Source: Octopus bimaculoides
Lineage: Eukaryota
Assembly (NCBI RefSeq): GCF_001194135.2
Contig: NC_068989.1
Span: 49,021,187-49,085,186 of the forward strand
Reading direction: 5' to 3'
DNA length: 64,000 bases
How positions within the stretch are numbered: the stretch's first letter is position 1; each line of letters starts with the position of its first letter. The notes beneath the pieces are model-generated. The model saw nothing but the letters and a program-made list of their open reading frames with translations. It searched no databases and was not told the DNA's origin. Made by a program: the position numbers and the translations under genes. Of this stretch, positions 52,521-64,000 are shown one piece after another.

Positions 52521-52665
52521 TTAATAATTTTGAAGTATTTTGTTCAAGAATATAAGGCATTGGCCAGTCGAAGAATCATAATCACAACCTTATGATCATG
52601 AGTTCAATACCTGAACCATTAAACCATGCACCTCTACAACTCAAATCAGAAAAGGACTAAATTAA

Positions 52666-52888
52666 CCCTTTAGCATTTGGATTACTCTGTCAAATGTAAT
52701 ATGTGTGTCCATTCACATTGTTTTGAAATGGTAATACATTATCTTGTAGCCTTGATATTTTGATGATGTGATTGTTTATTTTCAGAATGGCATTGTTGGG
52801 TATGCATGAGAGGCCAAATCTGGCGAGTTTGAACATAAAACAATGTAAATTATTTTGGTTGGATATGATTAGTTTAAATGCTAAAGGG
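52666..52888 (+). mobile_element. MITE family G, complete (piggyBac-like)
   Basis: TTAA|CCCTTTAGCATTT...AAATGCTAAAGGG|TTAA: perfect 13-bp TIR and TTAA TSD. Confidence 0.9.
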
Positions 52889-54484
52889 TTAAATACAAAA
52901 ATATACATTCATGCTAGTGTTGTTTTATTGTCTTAAAAATACCCAAATATAATAACAAAATGAGGCACGTTCAATGCCAAGCTGATCTTTTGTGGTTAAC
53001 AAGAAAAAATTATGTAAACCCTTATTTTTTAAAAGAAACAAGAATGAGTGAAGAAAGTTGAAATGTAACAAGAGATGTGTGTAGAACAAATGGTTGATAT
53101 CAAGAGTTATTAGCTTACATGGAAGTCTGAACCTAAGAATAAGTGATGGTTTGGTCTGTAAGAGTGTAGGTGTGTGTGTGTGTTTGTGTGTGTGTGTATG
53201 TGTATGTGAGAGGGAAAGAAAGAAAGAGGGAGAGAGGATGAAGGAAAGAGGTCAGCAGTGGAACAGTAGTAGAACAGAGGCATAATGGATGAAAGAAAAT
53301 TGATCAGAAATTTGACACTTGCAACTTTGTTTGATGTAGCAAAATTTAAAATGCATTTGTAAGGTGCTTGATTGAGTTAGCCCATATTCAATTGGTAAGG
53401 AAGCAACCAAATCATATCTAAATTATCAAATTTCATGTAGTTATAATGATCTTTGTAAGTCCAAAGATCTAATCAAATCAAAATTACTCACTGATTTTGA
53501 CATCCGAATCAACCATGTAAAGATAGCAGCCAAAGTTTGATAAATAATGGTTCTACCATTTATACAATGTCCAAGGACATCCTTTTACAAGAGAGAAACT
53601 AAGTTGCAACAGAAAGGACAGACTTATCAGTTTACAAAAGAATATTACAATAAGTTGTAACGTACTATGTTAAGGCATGAGCAGACAAATCTTAGGGTCC
53701 AATGCTAATCATTTTTGCTGTTGTTGCATATGTAGAGGACCCCAATGTATTTTTTTATGAGAGGCCTATAATACTGTGGAGATGACTCTGGTTGTAGTCT
53801 GAAAATTTATTTTTTATGGAACACACAAGGTCACACTTAGTGAGGCCGCTTTAGTGACCTCACATTTAGTGAGGTGAGACTAGAGACAAAATTACACCCA
53901 CCCAATTACTTCAGGTACTTTATTCTAGTGCTTTCAGAAAGACGAAAAACATAAGTTGACCGCAGCAGGAATTAAATATAGAATATAAAAGATCATAACT
54001 AAATACCACTAGGCATTGTAATTGACATTCATTTTGCTAATCCATTTTAATTACTCTATTTCATTACCCAGTAGCACATACAGTACACAATGTATCTATA
54101 AGTAGGAACACAGGTACACACACACAAATGTGCAGTATGTAGGCAGCATAACTGAAGACAGTTACATCTCAACAGTCATCAGTAACTTTTTCATAAATTG
54201 TTTGTAACACTCCTGTTAAGTAAACTGATTAACCTCTTAACATATACATTGCTTTTCAAATTCCATGCAAAAAATATATACTTTTTGTTATTTATTTCAA
54301 ATCTGTATATAAGGAAGAATAAGTACACAGATTACTTTGAATCGGTTATGATTTATTATGAAGTTACTGATAGAAATGATAGTTACTGATAGTTAATGAT
54401 AGAAAATGGGAATAACATCATGAACGAAGTATTTCGGATTAGAGATAAGTAACCTGAGCACAATGAATACTCTCTCTCTCTCTC

Positions 54485-54901
54485 TTTTACTCTTTTATTT
54501 GTTTCAGCCATTTGAATGTGGCCATGCTGGAGCACCGCTTTTAGTCGAGCAAATTGACCCCAGGACTTATTCTTTGTAAACCTGGCACTTATTCTATCGG
54601 TCTCTTTTGCCGAACTGCTAAATTACAGGGACATAAACACACCAACATCAGTTGTCAAGTGATGTTGGGAAGACAAACACAGACACATAAACATATACAC
54701 GCACATACATATATATATATATATATATACATATATACGACGGGCTTCTGTCAGTTTGCATCTACCAAATCCACTCACAAGGCTTTGGTCAACTCGAGGC
54801 TATAATAGAAGACACTTGCCCAAGGTGCCACGCAGTGGGAATAAACCCAGAACCATGTCATTGGTAAGTAAGCTACTAACCACACAGCCACTCCTATGCC
54901 T
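54485..54901 (-). mobile_element. Composite SINE: family B head - microsatellite - C tail (full length)
   Basis: The minus-strand head has ggcaccttgggcaagtgtcttct (CORE-like); the tail ends ...gctgaaacaaataaaagagtaaaag. CORE-SINEs such as OR2 are described from octopus. Confidence 0.88.
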
Positions 54902-55439
54902 ATGTATATTTTTGTTCAAATATATATTCACTAGACATCACTGAATAAAAATATATAGGATAGTATGTTAAGAGGTTAAGAATGTAATATAGATTACAAA
55001 ACAACTCAACAGAATGGCCTTAAAAGAAAGGTTGGAATTGAGTAAGTTGCACCAAATACTTCAATATCTCTATTTCCTAACAATTATACACTTCACATTG
55101 TGACCACATCCTCACTTTCACGACAAAAGATTTTTCTATTGTGTGATGACAATTTTTCAGCCTTTCTAATATTAATATTTAAGCAATAAACTTCTATAAA
55201 TTGCAACTAAAAGTAAATTTTATTCCTGGTTATAGAAATCTTAATCCTCTTGAGAAAGGCATGAGTGACACCTCATTTTATTTCACTTTATATACAGAAG
55301 AAACATGAAATTATATAACTTGTGTAGTGATGATGATCTTATAAAAATAAAATAAAATGAATGAATACTGTATGCTTTACAATTTCATTTGACACCTGAC
55401 TTGTCAGTTTTAATTTGACCACTGTCATCATCATTATCA

Positions 55440-55555
55440 TCATTCAACGTCCATTTTCCATGCAGACATGGGTTGGATGGTTCTATAGGAACTAGCACCA
55501 ATCCCTCCTATCCGTTTTGGCATGGTTTTACCTGCTGAAGGCCCTTCCTAATGAC
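55440..55555 (-). mobile_element. Family E tail fragment
   Basis: catcattcaacgtccattttccatgcagacatgggttggatgg...ggcccttcctaatgac. Confidence 0.7.
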
Positions 55556-55727
55556 AAATCTAATGTTTAATATTTTGAGGTTCATATTGATTAAATTAAC
55601 CAAAATACTTTGTCTAATGCAGAGTTAAAAATAATATTATATCATTGTAAAGAATGATGCTGAGAAGAAAAAAATATAGACTATATCAGCTACATGCTGA
55701 GTTAAAATTATATTAAGTGTGACTTTA

Positions 55728-56070
55728 CTCCTTCATTTTTTCCATTTATCTTTTATCTTACACTTGTTTTGGTCATTAGACTGTGGCACCACCTTGAAGA
55801 ACTTTAGTTGGACAAATCATCCCCCATGCTTTTTCTATTATGCCCAATACTTATTCTATCAGTCTCCTTTGCTGAACTGTGAAGATATGGAGGATATAAA
55901 CACATCAGGAATGGTTGACAAGCTTCTTTTAGTCTCCATCAACTAAATCTGCTCACAAGGCTTTAATTGGCCTGAGGCTGTAGTAGAAGATACTTGCCTA
56001 AGGTGTCATGCTGTGGGACTGAACCAGGAAGCATGTGGTTAGGAAGTAACCTTCTTACCACACAGCTATG
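55728..56070 (-). mobile_element. Composite B-C SINE without the internal microsatellite
   Basis: The C tail joins ...aagcttctttt...gctcacaaggcttt...gcctaaggtgtcatgctgtgggactgaacc directly. Confidence 0.75.
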
Positions 56071-57592
56071 ACGGTGCAATTCTTGATAAAATAAATGGTA
56101 GTAATAAACTAGGGACCACTTCAAATAAAACTAGTCATTGGTCCTGTGCCCAGTAAAAGAAAACCAGTATTGATAAAAAAACATGTCCATTTGTAAACTT
56201 ATTTCTATGGAGAATAAAGAAATTTAAAAAGAAAAAATATCAAACACTAATTGATATTATTGATGCTGGTGTTCTGCTCAGACAAAAAGCTAAGCCTACA
56301 AAAATACTTTATGGCGCCAGTCAACTGCACAATCAAGTAATTGCCAAATATAGATATGTATCATTTAGTATGCTACTGATATTGTAAAAATGTTGGAAAT
56401 TAACAAATAAATAAAATGAGATTCTAAAGAAAGCTTCTAATACAAAACTGTGCAAATTGCAATAAGAAAACCTCAACAGCAAGCAACAAGTTTATTTAAT
56501 TTATGACAACAATCTCATTGTTATGTCCTTATAGGGTTTACTTGCAAAAAGACTTATAATAAAAAAAATAGACAGAAGAAAAGAAATCTTTTCAATAATG
56601 ACTAGCATCTGTATGAATCTAGGAAGTGAATTTTGTTTTAACATATCTTTGTCTTTGTGTGTGAATGTGAACACATATGTATGCATAGGTATGTGTGTGT
56701 GTAATAGAGTAGGCAAGGAGTTTCATGATAGTAATGATGATGAGTATAAAATTAATATCACAGTTGAAAAAGTTTTAAAAAAAAGGCAAATTTTCTGTTT
56801 TATTATAAACTTTATTATAATTATTATTCATTGTTATTATTTTCATTAATACTACTATTTAAAATCTGTCCATCAACCAAGATATTTTATGTGACAGCTT
56901 TATGAATGAAAATGATAAATAAATTTCATTGAAGGAGGGAACAATTCTGTTCTTTTAAATGCAAGGGGCTATTATTTGATTTTTAACTTTCTATTCTTAT
57001 TCTTTTTTCATTTTATTATTCTCTTTGGTTTGCTCTTACATTTTTTATCTCCACAATAAACACATTTTTTTTTGAAAAAAAAGATTAAAAAAATATTTAT
57101 TTAAGCATTGTTGATTTGTTTTTGCCAATAAAGATACCACACTTTGAACTTGGCATATATTTGTAGACTGCGAAATTGTACAAGTGATTTCAAGGAAGAA
57201 TTTTATAACAAACAATATTGAAAACCTGTCACTAAAACACAATGAAAAGTTGTTTAATTACATTTCTCTTGGAGATTCATGAAAAACAATTGGGCAAAAT
57301 ATAATTGCAATATTTATAAAAAAGAACACAAATTATTTATTCAATATGTGTGTATATATATATATATATATNNNNNNNNNNNNNNNNNNNNNNNNNNNNN
57401 NNNNNNNNNNNNNNNNNNNNNNNNNNNNNNNNNNNNNNNNNNNNNNNNNNNNNNNNNNNNNNNNNNNNNNNNNNNNNNNNNNNNNNNNNNNNNNNNNNNN
57501 NNNTATATATATACATATATATATAATACACACACAAGCACACATATATATACATACACATATATATATACTCACACATACACATGCACATG

Positions 57593-57636
<44 letters not shown>

Positions 57637-58160
57637 CATAAACAGATATACATACATATACAAATATATATATACAGACAGATAGATAAATAAAGACAGA
57701 TATATATCCTAAGGTACAAGTATACATACATATACTCACAAAAATATAATAAAAACAGTACATATAAAAAATACAAGCGAGCAATTTCGAGTTTCTTTTA
57801 ATCAACAAGTTAGCACAAAGCATTGATAATATTCACTTACAGGAATGTCTCAAGTAAGCAAGCTTTACGTAAAAATTACCATGTCAAACATAAAATATCA
57901 ATTTTTGAATTCACTGAAATGAATACAAAAATGCCTGCTAATGAAATCTACATACGAAATTGTTTGAAATAAAGCAAGCTATTGCAATTGTTTCTTATAC
58001 ATGGAATAATATAATTATCACATAGTTACAGACTTCTGCTCCACTGTAGCTTGTTAATGTGGTGAACATGTTTTACTGAAGTTACTTATTTGATTAGACA
58101 ATATGATCAACATTTATTAGGATGCACAAGAGTAAGAAACATTTGTTATACATATACATA

Positions 58161-58165
<5 letters not shown>

Positions 58166-58243
<78 letters not shown>
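58166..58243. repeat. (TA)n(TG)n microsatellite
   Basis: Direct reading. Confidence 0.97.
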
Positions 58244-58512
58244 TTTTGTTAGGTCACAAGCTTAACTTTAAAGTTAGCACAATGCATAGCACAACAGAGG
58301 CACGTCTTTTATACACATACACACAGAGATGCAGGTATGGTTAGATATAATTATGGCTGTCTGGTGAAAAGGTACATTTTGAAACCCTATGGATTCAGGT
58401 TCAGTCCCACTGTGCAGCGCTTTGAGAAAATGATTCTAGTATAGCTCTGGCTATACAAAAACTAGAGAGAGAGGGAGGATAAAGAGAGAGAGAGAAAGAG
58501 AGAAATAGACAA

Positions 58513-58543
<31 letters not shown>

Positions 58544-58689
58544 AAGAGAGAGGGGGAGAGCGAGATAGAATGTGTGTATGCAAGTATATATTTGTCCTTG
58601 TCTAGTCCTTTTCACCTATCACTCATTCCTCCATCACTCTACTAACCACAAGTATTTTGCAGCTGTAGTTAGATAAGAGTAGAACTACC

Positions 58690-59100
58690 CATTTCATCAC
58701 CTAGCCATCCTTCATTCTTAACATTGCCCCTCCTCATTGATATTTTCCATTAATCACCCTTTCTGTGCTACAAATTATTTAGTCCTCTTCCATGAACCAC
58801 ATCCGTTTGACTCACATTTATGTACCTATGACCATCTCCACACTTATCACTATACATCTCTCACTCTCACAACACACTCTAGCAAACTTTATCTACCCAC
58901 CCATTGTCTCCTTAGCTCTCAACTGTCCCCTCTTATAATTTTACTGCTCTTCACTCTGATTATACTGCCAGTCATCCCCTCTTCTCCCCAACATTCCCTC
59001 CAATTTGAATGTATCATCACTCTTGTTCACCATTCATTACATTAACACCTTACAACAAATTTAGCCATCTCTCACTCTCTCCACACTTCTGTAATCTCTT
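58690..59100 (+). mobile_element. Possible highly decayed Neptune-like PLE remnant
   Basis: C/T-rich like 17140-17960; weak peptide hints (MTISTLITIHLSL, STHPLSP*LSTVPSYNF). Confidence 0.25.
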
Positions 59101-59452
59101 GCTATCCACTCTTTTTGATTTTCTGTTACAATATACTATGTTCTACTAACTTTCTTGAATATAAGGGTAAATCCATACACTTTATCATCATCACCTTTAT
59201 CTTTTACTTCAGCTCAACCACATTTACACACATATATATATATATTGTGTTTTAGGTGCATCCTGTCTAAAGCAAGAATCTGTTCTGTTACTCTGTCCTT
59301 TGTATCATGCTTTAAAGGTTTACCACATAGCATAAAGCCATTGCTTTCCCCATTATACTCCTACTTACTTGAAAGGGCTTTTAAGTCATGTGAATTACTT
59401 GAAAATCATACTAGCACTGGCACCCAAGAGAATGCGTACAGAACACTGTACA

Positions 59453-59715
59453 GTGGTTGACATTAGGAAGGACATCCAGCCAAACACAGACACTGGAACA
59501 TGACACTCTTCCAAATTGTATGATTTTGTAAAACCATTCGGCCCATGCTAATGCTTAAGATGGATCGTTGTTGTCGTCGTTTAATGTCTGCCTTCCTTGC
59601 TAGCATAGGTTGGATTATTTGACAGGATATGGTCAGGCAGGAGCCTGCACCACATTTCTGTGTCTGTTCTTGCACAGTATTTACAGCTGGATGCTCCTCC
59701 TAACACTAACCATCC
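59453..59715. mobile_element. Two family E copies tail-to-tail
   Basis: ggttgacattaggaaggacatccagcc...cccatgctaatgc (+), then gtttaatgtctgccttccttgctagcataggttgg...cagctggatgctcctcctaacactaacc (-). Confidence 0.75.
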
Positions 59716-59832
59716 AGCAGATAATGTGATAATAATGATACATATATGTACATGTAACTATACATACAAACACAAAATATATTCAGATAGATATATAATG
59801 TATGATCATTGATAATATACACACACAGATGC

Positions 59833-59887
<55 letters not shown>

Positions 59888-60327
59888 ATATACATATATA
59901 TATATATATATATANNNNNNNNNNNNNNNNNNNNNNNNNNNNNNNNNNNNNNNNNNNNNNNNNNNNNNNNNNNNNNNNNNNNNNNNNNNNNNNNNNNNNN
60001 NNNNNNNNNNNNNNNNNNNNNNNNNNNNNNNNNNNNNNNNNNNNNNNNNNNNNNNNNNNNNNNNNNNNNNNNNNNNNNNNNNNNNNNNNNNNNNNNNNNN
60101 NNNNNNNNNNNNNNNNNNNNNNNNNNNNNNNNNNNNNNNNNNNNNNNNNNNNNNNNNNNNNNNNNNNNNNNNNNNNNNNNNNNNNNNNNNNNNNNNNNNN
60201 NNNNNNNNNNNNNNNNNNNNNNNNNNNNNNNNNNNNNNNNNNNNNNNNNNNNNNNNNNNNNNNNNNNNNNNNNNNNNNNNNNNNNNNNNNNNNNNNNNNN
60301 NNNNNNNNNNNNNNNNNNNNNNNNNNN

Positions 60328-60359
<32 letters not shown>

Positions 60360-60378
60360 TATATCATATGTACACATA

Positions 60379-60593
60379 TGAGAGGAGCCTGAAAAGTTCT
60401 GGGCTTTAAGGGTATCATGAAAGGTCTGTTGGAGGCCCAGCATTCCAAGTTCTTTTACAGGCTTAGAAAAGCTGAAGGACCTCTGCAACAAGCATGTGAA
60501 TCTGAGAGGGGAAAATGTTGAATAAAATTATATTTAACTGATCCTCCTGTATTTTCTTTTACCCAAAGCCAGGAACTTTTCAGCACCCCCTCG
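60379..60593 (+). mobile_element. Mariner internal-deletion derivative (215 bp)
   Basis: TA|tgagaggagcctgaaaagttctgggcttt...aaagccaggaacttttcagcaccccctcg|TA. 60460-60525 encodes GLEKLKDLCNKHVNLRGENVE*, like the mariner C-terminus GI.KL..RW.KC....G.YVE*. Confidence 0.88.
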
Positions 60594-60935
60594 TATATAC
60601 ATATATCATATGAACATACACATATATACACATACATAAACACACATAATAGATACATATACATACACAATATGCATGCATTTTATATGCATGTATGATA
60701 TATATATATATATACATACATACATACTTACACATACACAATTTTAATGCATACATAGTATATGTGTTGTGTGTGTATGGAGAGAGAAAGAGTGAGTGAG
60801 GAAGAGAATGAATCTTTAATTTTGTTTTCTAATACCATCTAGCTGGAAAACAGAAGAGCAGTGCATGTGGCCTATGCAGGATACATGAGTATATGTTTCA
60901 ATAAATATACAACTATCAATCAATATATTACACAC

Positions 60936-61040
60936 ATTTTCATATGGAAATGGTGAAAGGGTTGGCTTGTTGTTCTCTGTAGCAACAGTTAATGTATCAA
61001 CAGTGTTTGAAGTTGCTTCTAATGATTCAGTAATGGCCAG
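60936..61040 (-). CDS. Candidate internal exon
   Basis: gttcttttag|ctg...aat|gtgtgt; 105 nt, LAITESLEATSNTVDTLTVATENNKPTLSPFPYEN. The donor is weak and the phase does not match the end of 62242-62386. Confidence 0.25.
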
Positions 61041-61477
61041 CTAAAAGAACTTTCCCAACACAAGTGTATATCTCTCTAAGATACATGCAAATTTGGTTTA
61101 ACATCAACTGCAAATGCATATTCAGAAAGAAAGAAAAAAAAGCAACAAAGAATGTTTAAGAGCAGAAAACTCCAAACCAAAATCTTGATTAGAGTTACTG
61201 CAATGCAGGTACTGAGCGGAAGCTAATAGAAGCCTCCAACATCATTATCATCCTCATCACTATTTTAATGTCCTCTTTTTTGATACTTGCATGGGTTAAA
61301 TGAAATTCACTGAGGCAGTTTTCTATGGCCAAATGTTGTCAACCTTCTTCTGTTTCCAATCAGGTAATATTCTCACAAGTCTTTTGGACACAAGCAGCTT
61401 AATGCCACTAAGCATTTTCTCTGACATGCTTGTGGTTTTGCCACTTCACAGCCTTATTTATAATAATGGTTCTGTTT

Positions 61478-61736
61478 AAAATTCTGGCACAAGACCAGTT
61501 ATTTTGGGAGAGAGATAAGCTGACAGCATCAGCCTCAGTACTCAACTGCTACTTATTTTATTGATCACAAAAGGATGAAAGGCAAAGTCAACCTTACTTC
61601 CTTTATTTTGGCACTACAGCCATAACATAGAAGGGACAAGGCAAAGTCAACCTTGGCAGAACTTGAACTCAGAACATAAGAAATGCCATTAAGTATTTTG
61701 TGTGGTGTACTTATGATTGTGCCAGTTCACCACCTA
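61478..61736 (-). mobile_element. SINE family A containing a 42-bp insert
   Basis: ggcacaagaccag...aaggatgaaaggcaaagtcaacctt[42 bp]aaggcaaagtcaaccttggcagaacttgaactcagaac...gccagttcaccacc. Confidence 0.8.
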
Positions 61737-62241
61737 ATTTATAATAATATTATTGTACTGAGGGCTCAAGTGCACAACAACATTTGTACTGCATTGTGTC
61801 TCTGGCCAAGCCACTTATGATAGATTTCTCTTGAAGAAGCAGTGGATTGTAAATCTAACAAGTGTTTTGCAAATTATTTCAATTAGTATTATTTAGATTG
61901 AATTTTAAGTGTAACATTATCATGATTAATTAACGTTATAATTACAAAAAACTCCAGCCTTTCTTAATTTTCCAGTGGATTTAGACTGATTAATATCTTT
62001 TCATATAACTATCAGAAAATGTCTATAATGGTGTGTATGTGCATGTTGGTAGATAGACAGAAAGACAGAACTGCACCCCACCCAAACACCTTATCATTAC
62101 TCAGCATTATCAGCCAAATAACCAAAAGTAACACTCTATAAACAACTGCAGTTCTACATGCTGAAAAAAAAAAAAACTCATTTCTAGAAGGCAATTTGAC
62201 TTGTAGACATAACTACCCTCTCCTAAACAAAGACCAATTAC

Positions 62242-62386
62242 CTAGAAGTGTCATAGGTTTGGAAAACAGAGGTGGCTTTCATAGAGGTTGGGTCAATAGG
62301 CTGACTCAACGTCCACTGTAAAACTTTCAGCAGTTGTAATTCTACCTTTTCCAGAACCCTGTGAAGGTCACACTTTCGGCAGTTCT
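62242..62386 (-). CDS. Candidate exon of an unidentified gene
   Basis: aattttcag|...tctag|gtaatt; 145 nt, phase 1-2, fully open: NCRKCDLHRVLEKVELQLLKVLQWTLSQPIDPTSMKATSVFQTYDTS; GC-richer than its flanks. Confidence 0.55.
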
Positions 62387-62601
62387 CTGAAAATTCATTT
62401 ATTTAATTCATACATATGAATTTCATAGATTAAAATCAAACAATTTGCCAATGTCTCTGAGACCTTCACTAGCAATGTTGAAGGCTAATGAAAAATGATC
62501 ATGAGAATTTCCAAAAATGCTTAAAGAATTAAACAAAACTATGAAAATGGATATGAATGAAATGTTAATCTCAAGTACCACGAGGGATGCTATCTTGGAT
62601 G

Positions 62602-62797
62602 CAGTAGCGTATGGCAGTTGTTGTATTGGGTGTGCTACCACACCCAATGCCACCAAATTTTAAGCAGGGATATCAACAAAAGTTTTCCATTAAGATTTAT
62701 TAATTAAACAGATGAGTAAGGTTAATATCCATAATGAATTTGCCAATTTTGTTGCTTGTGCAGTGCACACCTAGCACACCTGGAATATACGCCCCTG
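62602..62797. mobile_element. hAT-like MITE (196 bp)
   Basis: Ends CAGTAGCGTAT / ATACGCCCCTG; the flanks CTTGGATG and CATGGATC are 6/8 identical, consistent with an 8-bp TSD. Confidence 0.65.
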
Positions 62798-62877
62798 CAT
62801 GGATCATAAATTGCATAATATACTTAAGCATTTTAACTCAGTTCAAAAGACAAAACTACTCAGGTTAATTACCATAC

Positions 62878-62935
62878 CTGGAGTAGGGATTTCCCAAAAT
62901 CCCATCCCAGAAGACAAGTGATCGCAACAGTAATA
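62878..62935 (-). CDS. Candidate exon splicing in frame to 62242-62386
   Basis: ttttaacaag|tat...ccag|gtatgg; 58 nt, phase 0-1, YYCCDHLSSGMGFWEIPTP; the G|AG junction gives Glu and continues into NCRKC. Confidence 0.5.
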
Positions 62936-64000
62936 CTTGTTAAAATATACACAAGCTACAGCCTTTCATGTCTTGGGCATATGCATCATTATATTATAAA
63001 AGCCATACAAAGACCCAAAGCTTATTATTTCCATGCTTCCTGCCAAAACCCATGCACTGGATAGAAGCTTTCTGCACTTACTATGAAACACCCAGTATAT
63101 ATCTATAATCTCAGCATATGTGTGTGCATGTGTATGTGGATCGATATTCAGTTTTATTAATAGATAAAGAGTCAGTTTCTAACCAAGATCCAAGGCTCCT
63201 TCATTGGAATTTCAACATCAACAACAGAGAATTTTTGTATGTATATGAGCAGATTTGTATATTTTGTTTCATGTATGTCTTCTCATGCACATACTTCCAT
63301 ATCTAGACATGCTTACATATACTTAAATGATAAACTTCTGGAAAGTTTTACAGATTTTTACAGTTCCAGTGATGGCTTGGATCTGTAGTCTTCAAATCAA
63401 CTTTCTCCTGGTTTTGAGAAACCTAATTTCTCAAGATTGGCAATGTATATATGTACATGTGTGTGTGTGTGTGTGTATACGCACAAGCATACATATACAT
63501 ATATTATTACTATTGCTATTATTATTATCATTATCATCATCTTTGAATAATAACCTAATCAAAAATGATAAGCTTACCCTATTATCAATGATGCCGATGA
63601 GGAAGATGAAAAAGACAAGAAAGAAAGTCCTAAATACGATAATCATTAATTCAAGAGCAATTTCCCAGCTAGACAGTCACTACACAGTTTTCTAAATAGG
63701 CACACAAAAGCATGCAAAAGTAAATTCTCCTTATTGAAAACCCAATGCAATCAATATACACGGAGAAGGTTGCAAGCTAAAGTAAATGAGACTTCATTTT
63801 TCTGGCTATTTTTTTTTATTTCTTGTTTTTTTTTTAACTATTTTCTCATACTTGGTAACTTTAGTTTCACAATTCTTACTAGAGAAGATATTTATAACAC
63901 CAACAGGGGAAATCTTAACATCAGAAAGAAAGGAAAAAAATATCTGAAACTGTTGTCCAATTTGAGAATTCATAGAGCCAATTTGCTTTTTCCCTGAGTA

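Overview
AT-rich eukaryotic (animal) DNA, dominated by interspersed repeats, microsatellites and ten N-gaps that all sit in or beside (TA)n/(CA)n runs. The repeat repertoire resembles, from memory, that of octopod cephalopods; this is an inference, not a search result. There are no prokaryotic genes, CRISPR arrays or intact long ORFs. Recognisable coding remnants are all transposon-derived: two Penelope-like elements (PLEs, RT thumb + GIY-YIG), RTE, CR1/L2 and R4/Dong-like LINE fragments, a Gypsy integrase C-terminus, a DD37D (maT) transposase and a mariner C-terminus. Several tRNA-headed SINE families and TIR MITEs (piggyBac-, Tigger-, mariner- and hAT-like) are also present. A few minus-strand exon candidates (best pair 62878-62935 + 62242-62386) suggest the window may be largely intronic in an unidentified gene. 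The most notable observations are: (i) a complete minimal type I hammerhead ribozyme just 3' of the Penelope ORF (27261-27303); (ii) a tRNA-headed element carrying half a hammerhead core, inserted as a ~200-bp foldback inside another SINE (43450-43780); (iii) a SINE with twin-priming geometry and a 12-bp TSD (14227-14574); (iv) serial stacking of one SINE family in (TAA)n tracts.
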